This document shows, piece after piece, positions 1 to 10,952 of a stretch of DNA of 64,000 nucleotides (its first letter is position 1; each line of letters opens with the position of its first letter). Under the pieces are notes generated by a model. The model saw only the letters and a list, made by a program, of their open reading frames with translations. It ran no database searches and was not told where the DNA came from. The position numbers and the translations under genes are program-made. The DNA lies in assembly GCA_965240325.2 (NCBI GenBank), contig OZ251223.1, forward strand, positions 4,154,001 through 4,218,000, read 5' to 3'. The stretch comes from Rebecca billardiae RCC1528 (lineage: Eukaryota; Protista; Haptophyta).

Positions 1-1
1 G

Positions 2-3000
2 CGCGCCCTCTCCGCCGCGCGCGCCACCATCGCCGAGCTCCACGCCGAGCTGGACGACGTGCCCTCGTCCGAGCTGGGCGCGGACGCGCGCGCGCGCAGG
101 CGCGAGGCCGCGCTGTCGGGCGAGCTCTCGGCGACGCGCACGCGGCTGGAGACGGCGGAGATCGAGGCGGCGCGGCTGCGCGAGCACGCGCGGTGGGAGG
201 CCTCGCTCCACGCCGGCGCGCGCGAGCGCGTCGCCCAGCTCCAGGCCGACATGAGCGCCGCGCGCGCCGCGCACGACGCCGACCTCGGCCGCATGCGCGA
301 CGCGGAGGCCAAGCTGGGCTGGATGGCGCAGACGCTCGCCAAGCTGGACGCGCGGGCGAACGCGATGGCGGCGGGCGAGGACGAGAAGACGCGCGAGCTG
401 CGCCTCGCGCTCGAGGCCTCCGCCGCGCAGCGCTCCGCCCTCGCCGCCGAGCTCGCCGACCTCAAGGCCGAGCTGGACACGGAGCGCACGCGCGGCGAGG
501 CGCTCGCGGGCCGCAAGCGCGCGCTCGAGGGCGAGAACACCGGGATGCGCTTCAAGAACGCGGCGCTGCTGCGGCAGGTGCGCGACCTGGAGACGAGCTA
601 CGAGGCGTCGCAGCTCGAGGTCTCGCGCACCTCCGACCAGCTCGAGCAGCTCACCAACGACGCCAAGTCGCTCCGCACCCAGCTCGACGCCGCGCACGAG
701 GCGAGGCTCGGCGCCGAGCGCGAGGCCGAGGCGCTGCGGCCGCTGCGGCTCGCGGCGGCGCTCAGCGGCGCGGAGGCGAGCGTGCTGCGGAGCACGCTGC
801 TCGACGCGGACGAGGCGCTGCTCTCGTACCGCGCGGCGCTCACCGGCGCGCGCACGCGCCTCGACCGCGCCCGCGCCGAGGCCGCGCGGCTGCAGGAGCT
901 GTACGACCACGCGCATGAGGAGGCGGAGGCGGCGGACGAGCGCGCGCAGGCGGCGGCCGACGAGCTCGGCGCCGCGCGCCGCGCGCTGCAGGTGGCGGAG
1001 AAGGCGCGGGAGGACTACGCGGCGCGCGCGGACCGGTCGGCGGCGAAGGCGGCGAAGGCCGCCGCCGAGACCGCCGCGCTCAAGCAGAACGCCGCCCTCA
1101 TCGCCGACGAGGGCGCGAAGGCGCGCGAGGCGCTCTCACGCGAGCAGCACGAGAGCGCGCGGCTGCGCGCCGAGCTCGCGCGCGCCAACGAGCGCGCGTC
1201 CGGGCTGCGGATGGCGGCGGGCGGCGCGAAGGCGGCGCTGGGCGTGGAGCGCGCGGCGCTGAGCGCCGCGCTCGCCGAGTCCGACGGCCTCGCCGCGCAC
1301 TACGCCGCCCTCGCCTCGGGCCACGTCGGCCAGCTCTCGCTCGAGCGGCGCACGGTCGCGCAGGTGCTGCGCGAGCAGCGGCTGGGCGCGCAGCTCGAGG
1401 TGGAGCAGGCGCAGCAGATCGCCGCGGACGCGGAGGAGCGGCTGCGCGAGGCGGCGGCGGAGTACGAGGCGGCGACCGAGCTGCTGCGCCGCGTGAAGGC
1501 CGGGCTCGAGGCCGGCGAGATCGACGAGGACGAGCTCGCCGCCGCCGAGGCGGCCGCGGCCGAGGCGGCGGCCGCGGCCGAGGAGGCGGCGGCCGCGGTC
1601 GGCGCCGCGCGCGAGCGCGAGGAGCGAGCGCTCGCCGTGGCGGAGGAGTCGGAGCGCGCGGAGGAGGAGGCGCTCGCGGCGGCGGCGGTGGCGGCGGCCA
1701 GCGCGCCGGGCGCCGAGCGCGCCGTCTCGCTCACGCTCCCCCAGCCCGGCTCGCCGCACGTTTCGCGCGGCGCCTCCGCGTCCACCAAGCAGCGGGCGCT
1801 GCGCGGCCGCGCGGTGAGCGCGGGCGGCGCGCTCGGCAGCACGGAGGCGTGGGTGGCGCGGACGGCGGCGGCGGCGGAGGAGGCGTCGTCGCGCACGCCG
1901 AGCGCGTCGCCCACGCCCACCTCGCCCGCGGGCACGCCCGCCGGCTCGCCCGGCCCCGCCTCGCGCCTCTCCTCTCTCGCCAGGCCGCGCGCCGTGCGCG
2001 TGGCGCCGCGGCCGCGCCAGCCGCTGCGGCCGCGCGTCAAGCTGACCGCCACGGTCGCGGTGCGGCAGGCGGAGCGGCGGCACGCGGACCGCAGCCTGGG
2101 CGAGATGGTGGCGAAGGGCGGCGAGGGCGTCCGCGACGCGACGGCCGCCGCGCGCGACGCGCTCACCACGCTCAACGCGCTGCGCCTCCAGCACGCCACC
2201 CTCGCCACAGAGGCGCGCGCGCTCAAGGCCTCGGTCGAGGGCCTGATGGCGTGGGACGTGGCGCGCGCGCTCACCGACCGGCACGGCAACATGAGCGTGA
2301 TCGACAAGCTGAACCGGATCCGCGCGTACCACAGCTGGCACTGGGGGCAGTTCACGCCGGCGTTCGAGGTGAAGAACGGCGCGCTCGTCGTCACCATCGA
2401 CATGGGCGGCCAGGCGCCGCGCCGGCCGCTCACAGAGACGGAGCTGTGGCTGGCAAAGCGCGCGCACCTGCGCCCGATGCAGTTTGGGCGCGCGGAGCAG
2501 GGCGGGGTGGCGGGGGGCGGCGGGCCGGGCGGCGGTGCGCAGCCCGCGGGCCCGTCGCTGCCCGCGCTCGGCGCCGGCCCGCGCGGCACGCCGGGCGCGT
2601 CGTACGCCACCTTTGCCGCGCCGGTGCCCTACTCGCCCGCCAGGCAGCAGCAGCAGCAGCAGCAGCCACCCTACTCGCCCGCCGCGCGCTGGTCGGGGCG
2701 GCAGGTGGGCGCGATTGCGGGCGGGCAGCCCGAGCGGCGCTGGCCGACGCCGAGCCCGCGCGGCGTGCCGCCCGAGCCCGCGCTGCACCTGCCGCCCATC
2801 GAGCAGCGCCACTTCTCCGCGCGCCGCTCGCCGCGCGCCCCGCGCTCCGCCGCCTCGTCCGAGGCAGGCAGCTCGCACGAGCTGGGCGAGGGCCTGTGGC
2901 GGCCAGCGCAGCAGGAGCTGGCCGCCACACACGCGGCCGCCTCCGCCTCCGAGGGGCGCGAGCGCGCGCCGGGGGCGGCGCGCTCGCTCGACGCGCGGTA

Positions 3001-5161
3001 CGGGGCGCACGCCGCGCGCCACGGCTTCAGCTCGAAGGACGGGCGCTCGCCCGCCGGCCGCTCGCCCGCCGCCTCGCCGCGCTCGGCGTGCGACGACGCG
3101 CCGCCCTCGCGCGCGCAGCAGCCGTACGCGCTGCAGCAGCAGGCGTACGCACCGCCCCCGCCCTCGCACCCGCTCGACCTCGACCTGTGGCTCGGGAGCG
3201 GGGGCGATGGGGCCGAAGGGGGCGGCGGCGGTGCGCAGGAGGAGGGGGGCGCGCCGCCCGCCGCGCGCGGCGCGCCCTCGCTGCCGTCCACCGGCCCTGT
3301 GCTCGACGTCGCGCCCGCCGAGACGGGCGGAGCGTCGCGGCCCAAGGCGGTTGCGGTCGCGCCCGCACTGCACGCGAATGAGGCGCCCGCGCCGCTGCGC
3401 GCGAAGTCGGCGAGCGCGGCGGCGGTGGGCGGCACGCAGCCGGCGGCGGTGGGCGTGGCGACGATCGAGCCGCCGCCGCCGCCGCCGCCGCGCCTCTCGC
3501 TTCAGGTAGGCCCGCGCCGCACCGCGCCCCCTCCGAGGGGGGCGGCCAAGCAGGGCTCAGCGCTCTTCCCGCAGCCCACCTCGCCACTCCCGCCGCCGCC
3601 TCCGCCTCCAGAGGCGGAGGCGGAGGCGGCGGCGGCGGCGGCGGCGGAGGCGGAGGCGGAGGCGGAGGCGGCGGCGGCGGCTGCGGAGGCGGAGGCGGCG
3701 GCGGCGGAGGCGGAGGCGGCGGCGGCGGCGGCTGCGGAGGCGGAGGCGCGGGCGCGCGCGCCAGGGCGGAAACGTGCAACGGGCGAGCCGCCGCACGCGC
3801 CGCCGCCGCGCGCGCCCTCGCCCTCGGCGCAGGGCGCATCGCCTCGCGGCAGCAGCCCCGGCCACGCCCAGGCGCTCTCGGCGGTCCACTTCGCCGGCGC
3901 GCTCGTGCGGCGCGCGCGCAGCCCTCGTGAGCTGCCAGACCCGAGCCTGCGCTCGCCCCTCGCCGGCGTGCGGCTCACGGCGGGCGCGGACGCGGCCGGG
4001 TACGAGGTGCGCGGGCGCTCGCCAACGGAGGCGCGCGCCCGCTCGCCCAAGGGGGGGCGCGCCGAGCGGCCGCGCGACGCGGAGGCGGGCGCGGCGCGCG
4101 CGCACCCAAAGCAGCCGGGGGCGGGCGCGGCGGCGGCGCGGGCCGGCCGCGCGCGCTCGGCGCACGAGGCCGCGACGGCCATCCAGCGGGTGTTGCGCGG
4201 GCGGCGCTCGCGGCGCATGGGCGGCGCGGCGGCGCGCTCGCCCTCGCCGCTCGAGCGCGCGCTCGGCGTGCCCGCGGTCGTGACGCTCCGCCTCGACCCG
4301 CGCGTCGCGCGGCTGAGCGCCACCGCCATCCAGGCGCACGCGCGCGGCATGCTCGCGCGCGCACACCTCGCGCACCTCAGCAATGGGCCGCGCCGCCGCT
4401 CCGTGGTCGACAACGTGTTCGTGCTGCCGCCCGCCGCCGGCCGCGCCGCGCCGCGCGCCTCGCCGCGCCGGCCGCGGCCGGCGCCCGCGCAGCTGCGCCC
4501 GGACGTCGCGCCGCGCGCGCAGCCCACCGACGCCGAGCTCGCCGCCGACGCCGAGCGGCGCGCGGCCGCCGCCGCCGCCGCCGCCGCGGCGGTCACCGCC
4601 TCGTTCGGGGCCGCGCTCCGGCCGCAGGAAGTGGCGTCTGCGGCGGCGGAGATACAGAGGATCGCGCGCGGGCGCAGCGCGCGGCAGGGCAGCGCCGAGG
4701 GCGGCGCGCGCCCCGTGGCGCCCGCCGAGCTCGCCGCGGGCGCGGGCCGCGCCGCGGGCGGCTCCGCCGCCGAGGCCTCCGGGCTGGCGCTGCTCGAGGC
4801 GACGCAGCTCGCGGGCGCGCAGACGGCGCACCGCGTGGCGGGCGCGCGGCGCGGCGGGCGCGCGGCGCAGGGCGAGCTCAACCTCGCAGCGACGGTCGCG
4901 CCGCCCAAGCTGAGCTCCGCCGCGGCGGCCGCGCCGTCGGCGCCGCCGCCCCGCGCGCCCGCAGAGCGCCGGCCCGCCGCCGCCGCCGAGAGCGAGCTCG
5001 AGCGCCAGCTGCGCATGCAGGGCGCCGCGGCCGCGCGCACGGTCGGGCGGCAGCCGCGCTTTGGCGCGGGCGGCGCGGGCGGCGGCGCGCGGCAGCAGCC
5101 GCCGGGCGGCGGCGGCGGCGCTGGAGGTGGCGGTGGGCGCCAACGTGAACGCCGTTCATAG
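2..5161 (+). CDS. Large coiled-coil protein with three IQ (calmodulin-binding)-like motifs; 5'-partial
   Basis: The frame is open from the window start. The N-terminal ~550 aa are E/A/R/L heptad-rich. IQ-like motifs are AATAIQRVLRGRRSR, SATAIQAHARGMLAR and AAAEIQRIARGRSAR. Stop TAG at 5159-5161. Confidence 0.7.
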   Translation, partial: RALSAARATIAELHAELDDVPSSELGADARARRREAALSGELSATRTRLETAEIEAARLREHARWEASLHAGARERVAQLQADMSAARAAHDADLGRMRDAEAKLGWMAQTLAKLDARANAMAAGEDEKTRELRLALEASAAQRSALAAELADLKAELDTERTRGEALAGRKRALEGENTGMRFKNAALLRQVRDLETSYEASQLEVSRTSDQLEQLTNDAKSLRTQLDAAHEARLGAEREAEALRPLRLAAALSGAEASVLRSTLLDADEALLSYRAALTGARTRLDRARAEAARLQELYDHAHEEAEAADERAQAAADELGAARRALQVAEKAREDYAARADRSAAKAAKAAAETAALKQNAALIADEGAKAREALSREQHESARLRAELARANERASGLRMAAGGAKAALGVERAALSAALAESDGLAAHYAALASGHVGQLSLERRTVAQVLREQRLGAQLEVEQAQQIAADAEERLREAAAEYEAATELLRRVKAGLEAGEIDEDELAAAEAAAAEAAAAAEEAAAAVGAAREREERALAVAEESERAEEEALAAAAVAAASAPGAERAVSLTLPQPGSPHVSRGASASTKQRALRGRAVSAGGALGSTEAWVARTAAAAEEASSRTPSASPTPTSPAGTPAGSPGPASRLSSLARPRAVRVAPRPRQPLRPRVKLTATVAVRQAERRHADRSLGEMVAKGGEGVRDATAAARDALTTLNALRLQHATLATEARALKASVEGLMAWDVARALTDRHGNMSVIDKLNRIRAYHSWHWGQFTPAFEVKNGALVVTIDMGGQAPRRPLTETELWLAKRAHLRPMQFGRAEQGGVAGGGGPGGGAQPAGPSLPALGAGPRGTPGASYATFAAPVPYSPARQQQQQQQPPYSPAARWSGRQVGAIAGGQPERRWPTPSPRGVPPEPALHLPPIEQRHFSARRSPRAPRSAASSEAGSSHELGEGLWRPAQQELAATHAAASASEGRERAPGAARSLDARYGAHAARHGFSSKDGRSPAGRSPAASPRSACDDAPPSRAQQPYALQQQAYAPPPPSHPLDLDLWLGSGGDGAEGGGGGAQEEGGAPPAARGAPSLPSTGPVLDVAPAETGGASRPKAVAVAPALHANEAPAPLRAKSASAAAVGGTQPAAVGVATIEPPPPPPPRLSLQVGPRRTAPPPRGAAKQGSALFPQPTSPLPPPPPPPEAEAEAAAAAAAEAEAEAEAAAAAAEAEAAAAEAEAAAAAAAEAEARARAPGRKRATGEPPHAPPPRAPSPSAQGASPRGSSPGHAQALSAVHFAGALVRRARSPRELPDPSLRSPLAGVRLTAGADAAGYEVRGRSPTEARARSPKGGRAERPRDAEAGAARAHPKQPGAGAAAARAGRARSAHEAATAIQRVLRGRRSRRMGGAAARSPSPLERALGVPAVVTLRLDPRVARLSATAIQAHARGMLARAHLAHLSNGPRRRSVVDNVFVLPPAAGRAAPRASPRRPRPAPAQLRPDVAPRAQPTDAELAADAERRAAAAAAAAAAVTASFGAALRPQEVASAAAEIQRIARGRSARQGSAEGGARPVAPAELAAGAGRAAGGSAAEASGLALLEATQLAGAQTAHRVAGARRGGRAAQGELNLAATVAPPKLSSAAAAAPSAPPPRAPAERRPAAAAESELERQLRMQGAAAARTVGRQPRFGAGGAGGGARQQPPGGGGGAGGGGGRQRERRS

Positions 5162-5659
5162 CGCTGCGTATCACAGCGCAGTGACGGCGTTCCGCGCCAG
5201 ACCGCGGTCCTACTTCATTCCGCCGGACGAAGGCAGCGAGCGGCCGGTAGCGCGCGCTCGTGCACGCGCGCGCTCGCGCAGCACGTGCTCGGCAGGAGTA
5301 GTGCCGAAGACGCGCGTGGCCCCGTTTGCGGCGGCGAGATCGGCCGAGCTGTCCAGTTGCTGGGTGATGTACATCGTCAGTACTCAGTACTACTGCTGAC
5401 GATGATGTAGTAGCGCATATCGCGCATAGTATATAGTACTACGACGTGTCACGCCCGCGCGCGCATTACATTATAGCTAGTAGTACATAGTAGAGCCGCC
5501 GCTGCCAACTGTCTGAACTGAGTAGTCGTGAGTGAGTCGACCGGCTAATCGACCGGACTCGCACGGTCATCCGCCAGACGCGTACATATGACGAGCGCGC
5601 CAGCGCAGGCGCCGCGGACGAGAGGCGCGCTCCCCTCGCCGCCGTCGGCGCGCGCGCGC

Positions 5660-6745
5660 TCACGGCGTCTCGATGAGCGCCTTGACGTGCCCGCGCACCG
5701 CGCGGCCGAGCGCCTCGATGTCGTACCCGCCCTCCAGGTAGCTCACGATCGGGGCGCCGCGCGCCGCGCGCACGATCTGCGCGGTCACCCACTCGTAGTC
5801 GTCGTCGTTGAGGGAGAGGGAGGCGAGCGGGTCGTCCGCGTGCGCGTCGAACCCGGCCGAGATGAAGACGGCGTCCGGGCCGAACGCCTGCAGCGCGGGC
5901 AGGATCGTGTCCGCCCACGCCGCGCGGAACTCGTCGGTGCCCGCGCCGGGCGCGAGCGGCACGCTGAGCACCTGCTGCGCGGCGCCCGAGGTGCCCGCCG
6001 TGCGGCCGGTGCCGGGGTAGCACGGCGACTGGTGGGAGGAGGCGTAGAAGCGGCTCGCGTCCGGGCTGCACATCGCCGCGTCCCCGTTGCCGTGGTGCAC
6101 GTCGAAGTCGAGCACCGCCACCTTCGCCTTGCCGTGCGCCGCCTGCGCGTGCGCCGCCGCCACCATCACGTGGTTGAACAAGCAGAAGCCCATTGCCTGC
6201 TCGGGCTCGGCGTGGTGGCCGGGCGGGCGCGCCATCACGAAGGCGCGCGTGCAGGGCGACTGGTCGGAGAGCACCTCGTCCACCGCCGCGACCGCCAGCC
6301 CCGACGCGCGGTAGCACGCCGGCCCGCTGTCGGGGCAGACGCGCGTGTCGGCGTCTATCGAGAGGATGGCCTTGCGCTCCTTCGCCGCCGCGAACGCCGC
6401 GTTGAGCATCTTGACGTGGTGCTCCGTGTGCACGCGCAGCAGCTGCTCGTCGGTCGCGTCGACCTCGGGCTCGAGGATCCGCAGCGCCTCGCCGAACTCG
6501 GGCGCCCACTCATTCTTCGCGAGCCGGAGCAGGCTGGCGAGCCGCTCCGGGCTCTCGGGGTGGCCGCCGCCCGCCGTGTGCTGCACGCAGATCGGGTGCG
6601 TGTACAGCGAGAGGCCGCCAGCCGTGGCGCTGGCGGCGTGGCGCAGCTGCCGCGCGGCCGGCCGCGCGCAGCGGAGCAGCGGGCGGTGGGCGCCCGCGCC
6701 GAAGGCGTGCACGCCGACGACCCACGAGACGAGCAGCGCCACCAT
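5660..6745 (-). CDS. Histone deacetylase family protein (class II/HDA14-like, AcuC/AphA-like) with predicted bipartite targeting presequence
   Basis: Motifs HPESPERL, ARPPGHHA, GFCLFNHV, DFDVHHGNG, SAGFDAHADDPL and LEGGY. ATG at 6745 begins MVALLVSWVVGVHAF (signal-peptide-like) followed by an R/A-rich segment. Confidence 0.9.
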   Translation of the reverse strand: MVALLVSWVVGVHAFGAGAHRPLLRCARPAARQLRHAASATAGGLSLYTHPICVQHTAGGGHPESPERLASLLRLAKNEWAPEFGEALRILEPEVDATDEQLLRVHTEHHVKMLNAAFAAAKERKAILSIDADTRVCPDSGPACYRASGLAVAAVDEVLSDQSPCTRAFVMARPPGHHAEPEQAMGFCLFNHVMVAAAHAQAAHGKAKVAVLDFDVHHGNGDAAMCSPDASRFYASSHQSPCYPGTGRTAGTSGAAQQVLSVPLAPGAGTDEFRAAWADTILPALQAFGPDAVFISAGFDAHADDPLASLSLNDDDYEWVTAQIVRAARGAPIVSYLEGGYDIEALGRAVRGHVKALIETP

Positions 6746-6781
6746 CGTGCGACTTGCTGCGAGCGCTCGCCGGTCTGTACG

Positions 6782-8383
6782 ATGGCGACGACCTTCGCGC
6801 CGTGCGTGCGAGTCGACCAGGATGCGCGCGCCGGGCGGCGGCTGATCGCGGTGGAGGACATCCCCGCGGGCACGTGCATCCTGAGCGAGCCCGCCGTCGC
6901 CGCAGTCCTCGCGCGCGCGCGGTGGGAGAGCCACTGCTTCGGCTGCTGGGCGCGGCTGCGGCCGGACGCGCGCATGCGCTGCGGCCGGTGCCGCCTCGCG
7001 CGCTACTGCGACCGGCGGTGCCAGGCGTCGGACTGGAAGCGGGCGCACGCGGTGGAGTGCGCCGCGCTGCCTCTACTCGACGCGCACGCCGAGCCCGACG
7101 CGCAGCACGCCGGCTTTGCGCACGACTGCGTGCTGCTCGGCCGCGCGGTGCGCGCGCTGTCGGCCGCGCCGGCCGCGGTGCGCGCCGCGGTCGACGCGCT
7201 CGCGGCCGCGCCGGCGGAGCAGGCGGCGCACGCGGACGGCGTGGCGCGCGCGGCGCTGTCGCACGGCCTGTGCGCCGGCGGCCCGCCCGCGCCAGCCGCC
7301 CTCGCCGCGCGCCTCGCGCGCGCGTTCGCGTGCAACAACTTTGGCGTGTGCTCGCCCAGTGGCGCGGGCGGCCTGCTTGGCGCGGGCCTGTGGCCGCTGG
7401 GCGCGGTGCTCAACCACTCGTGCGCGCCGAACTGCGCGCTGGCGCACCTGCTCGACGCGCGCGGCGCGCCGCCCACGCAGCTCGTGCGCACCATCCTCCC
7501 CGTCCGCCGCGGCTCCGAGCTGCGCCACAGCTACGTCGACTCCTCGGCGGGCAAGGCGCAGCGGCGGGCGGCGCTGCGGGCGCCGTATGGGTTCGAGTGC
7601 GGGTGCGAGCGGTGCGGCGGCGCGCCGGGCGGCGGCGGCGGGCGCGAGGTGGGCGGGTGCGAGGCGGGGCGCGAGCCCGAGCCCGCGCACGCCGAGCCGC
7701 GCGCCGACCCCGCCCTCGACGCCGAGCTCGACGGCCCGGCCGAGCCCCACGCCGCCGACGTTGCGCGCGACCTGGGCGCCGCCGCGTCGCTGCACGGCCG
7801 CGCCGTGTTGGCCGGCGCGGTGGCGGAGGAGCGCGCGCTGCTGAGGGCAGCGCTCGAGCTGCGGGCGCGGCACCTCGGCCCGGCGCACGCGCACGTGCGC
7901 GAGCTGCGCGCCGCGCTGCTCGCGTGCGAGCTCGCCGCGGGCGACGTGGGCGCCGCCGCGGCCGAGGCCGAGCGGCTGCTCGCCGGCGCTGAGCGCGCGC
8001 TCGGCGCCGCGCCGAGCCGCGCGCGCGCCACGCTGCTGCTCACGGCTGCGGAGGTGTGGGCGCTGTGCGCGGCTGCGTGCGCGGCGGGGGAGGGTCACGG
8101 GGTCTCACTCGGCGCACTGCGCGATGCGGCCGCGGTGGCGGAGCGGGCGCACGCGCGCGGCCGCGGGGCGGTTGCGCCGCGCGTGCCGCCGGGCGACGCC
8201 GCCGCTGCCGATGAGCCGGCGCGCGCGTGGCAAGGGTACGCGCACGCGCGCGCTTCCGCGTGCGCGGAGCGTGCCGTCGCGCAGCTGCTGATCACACATG
8301 GCGAGGCGCACCCGCTCACGGCGGAGGCCCGCGCCGCGCTCGACGCGTACTCGTCGTCTGTCGCCGCAGCGGCGTGCGCGTGA
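6782..8383 (+). CDS. SET and MYND domain (SMYD-type) lysine methyltransferase
   Basis: GRRLIAVEDIPAG (SET-N), MYND finger CFGC...CGRC...YCDRRCQ..DW...H..EC, LNHSCAPN, ELRHSY, post-SET YGFECGCERC and a TPR-like C-terminus. ATG at 6782. Confidence 0.9.
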   Translation: MATTFAPCVRVDQDARAGRRLIAVEDIPAGTCILSEPAVAAVLARARWESHCFGCWARLRPDARMRCGRCRLARYCDRRCQASDWKRAHAVECAALPLLDAHAEPDAQHAGFAHDCVLLGRAVRALSAAPAAVRAAVDALAAAPAEQAAHADGVARAALSHGLCAGGPPAPAALAARLARAFACNNFGVCSPSGAGGLLGAGLWPLGAVLNHSCAPNCALAHLLDARGAPPTQLVRTILPVRRGSELRHSYVDSSAGKAQRRAALRAPYGFECGCERCGGAPGGGGGREVGGCEAGREPEPAHAEPRADPALDAELDGPAEPHAADVARDLGAAASLHGRAVLAGAVAEERALLRAALELRARHLGPAHAHVRELRAALLACELAAGDVGAAAAEAERLLAGAERALGAAPSRARATLLLTAAEVWALCAAACAAGEGHGVSLGALRDAAAVAERAHARGRGAVAPRVPPGDAAAADEPARAWQGYAHARASACAERAVAQLLITHGEAHPLTAEARAALDAYSSSVAAAACA

Positions 8384-8903
8384 GGCCCGCCGACCGGAGC
8401 AGCACCGAGCAGCAACTAGCAAGCAAGATATAGCGCAGACGATCGACATGCTGCATCCATCGCATGCGCTTGGGTCATCGTCCTATTTGGCAATATGATG
8501 GTATGAAGATTTATACAACGTCTTAAATTGTCCCCCGTCCCGACTTTTCTTTCGGATCTTTCATCATATTTTATTCAATATGATGACGATGATCAAATTA
8601 TTCAAAAGATCTGCGCGCTTATATATTTGACAACGTACGTAGTGAGGGCCCCCGGCGGGGCTCCACGCTACGCGCTCCGCCCTGCACCGCGGGCCATAAG
8701 AACGCACACAGCTCATTGTCAGCGGGTCTCCTGATGAATATGACTATGTCGGCGACAACGATGGCCAGCAGGGTGCAGCTGGCACGGGCGAGGCCGAGCG
8801 CGCGTCAGACAGCGCCGGCCCCGCTGCCCCGGTGGCCTGCGCCCGCAGCCTGGCAGTGGCAGCACCGTCCCGCTCGCCGGTCGGGCACGCCGGCAGCGCG
8901 CGC

Positions 8904-10750
<1,847 letters not shown>

Positions 10751-10952
10751 CGCGCCCAGCGAAGCTCGAGACAGCGATGGCGGTTGTCCGCGGCTCTCAA
10801 CGGCTACGGGCGCGTCGCGGTGCCTGAGCGGAACCGCGGCCCGATTTGGCGATTTCTATTCGCAGCGAAAATCAGGATATTCAGGAACGGTGATTTCATT
10901 TTCGCGTCGCGATGATTTTGGTTTTTCGTCGGAGATCGACGCGATCTCCGCC

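Noticed and set aside
5588-6781. Apparent N-terminal extensions making SMYD overlap HDAC (likewise 9489-10952 and 49235-51013)
   Set aside because: These are antisense or alternative-frame read-through of neighbouring genes. The real proteins start at downstream ATGs or are joined by splicing.
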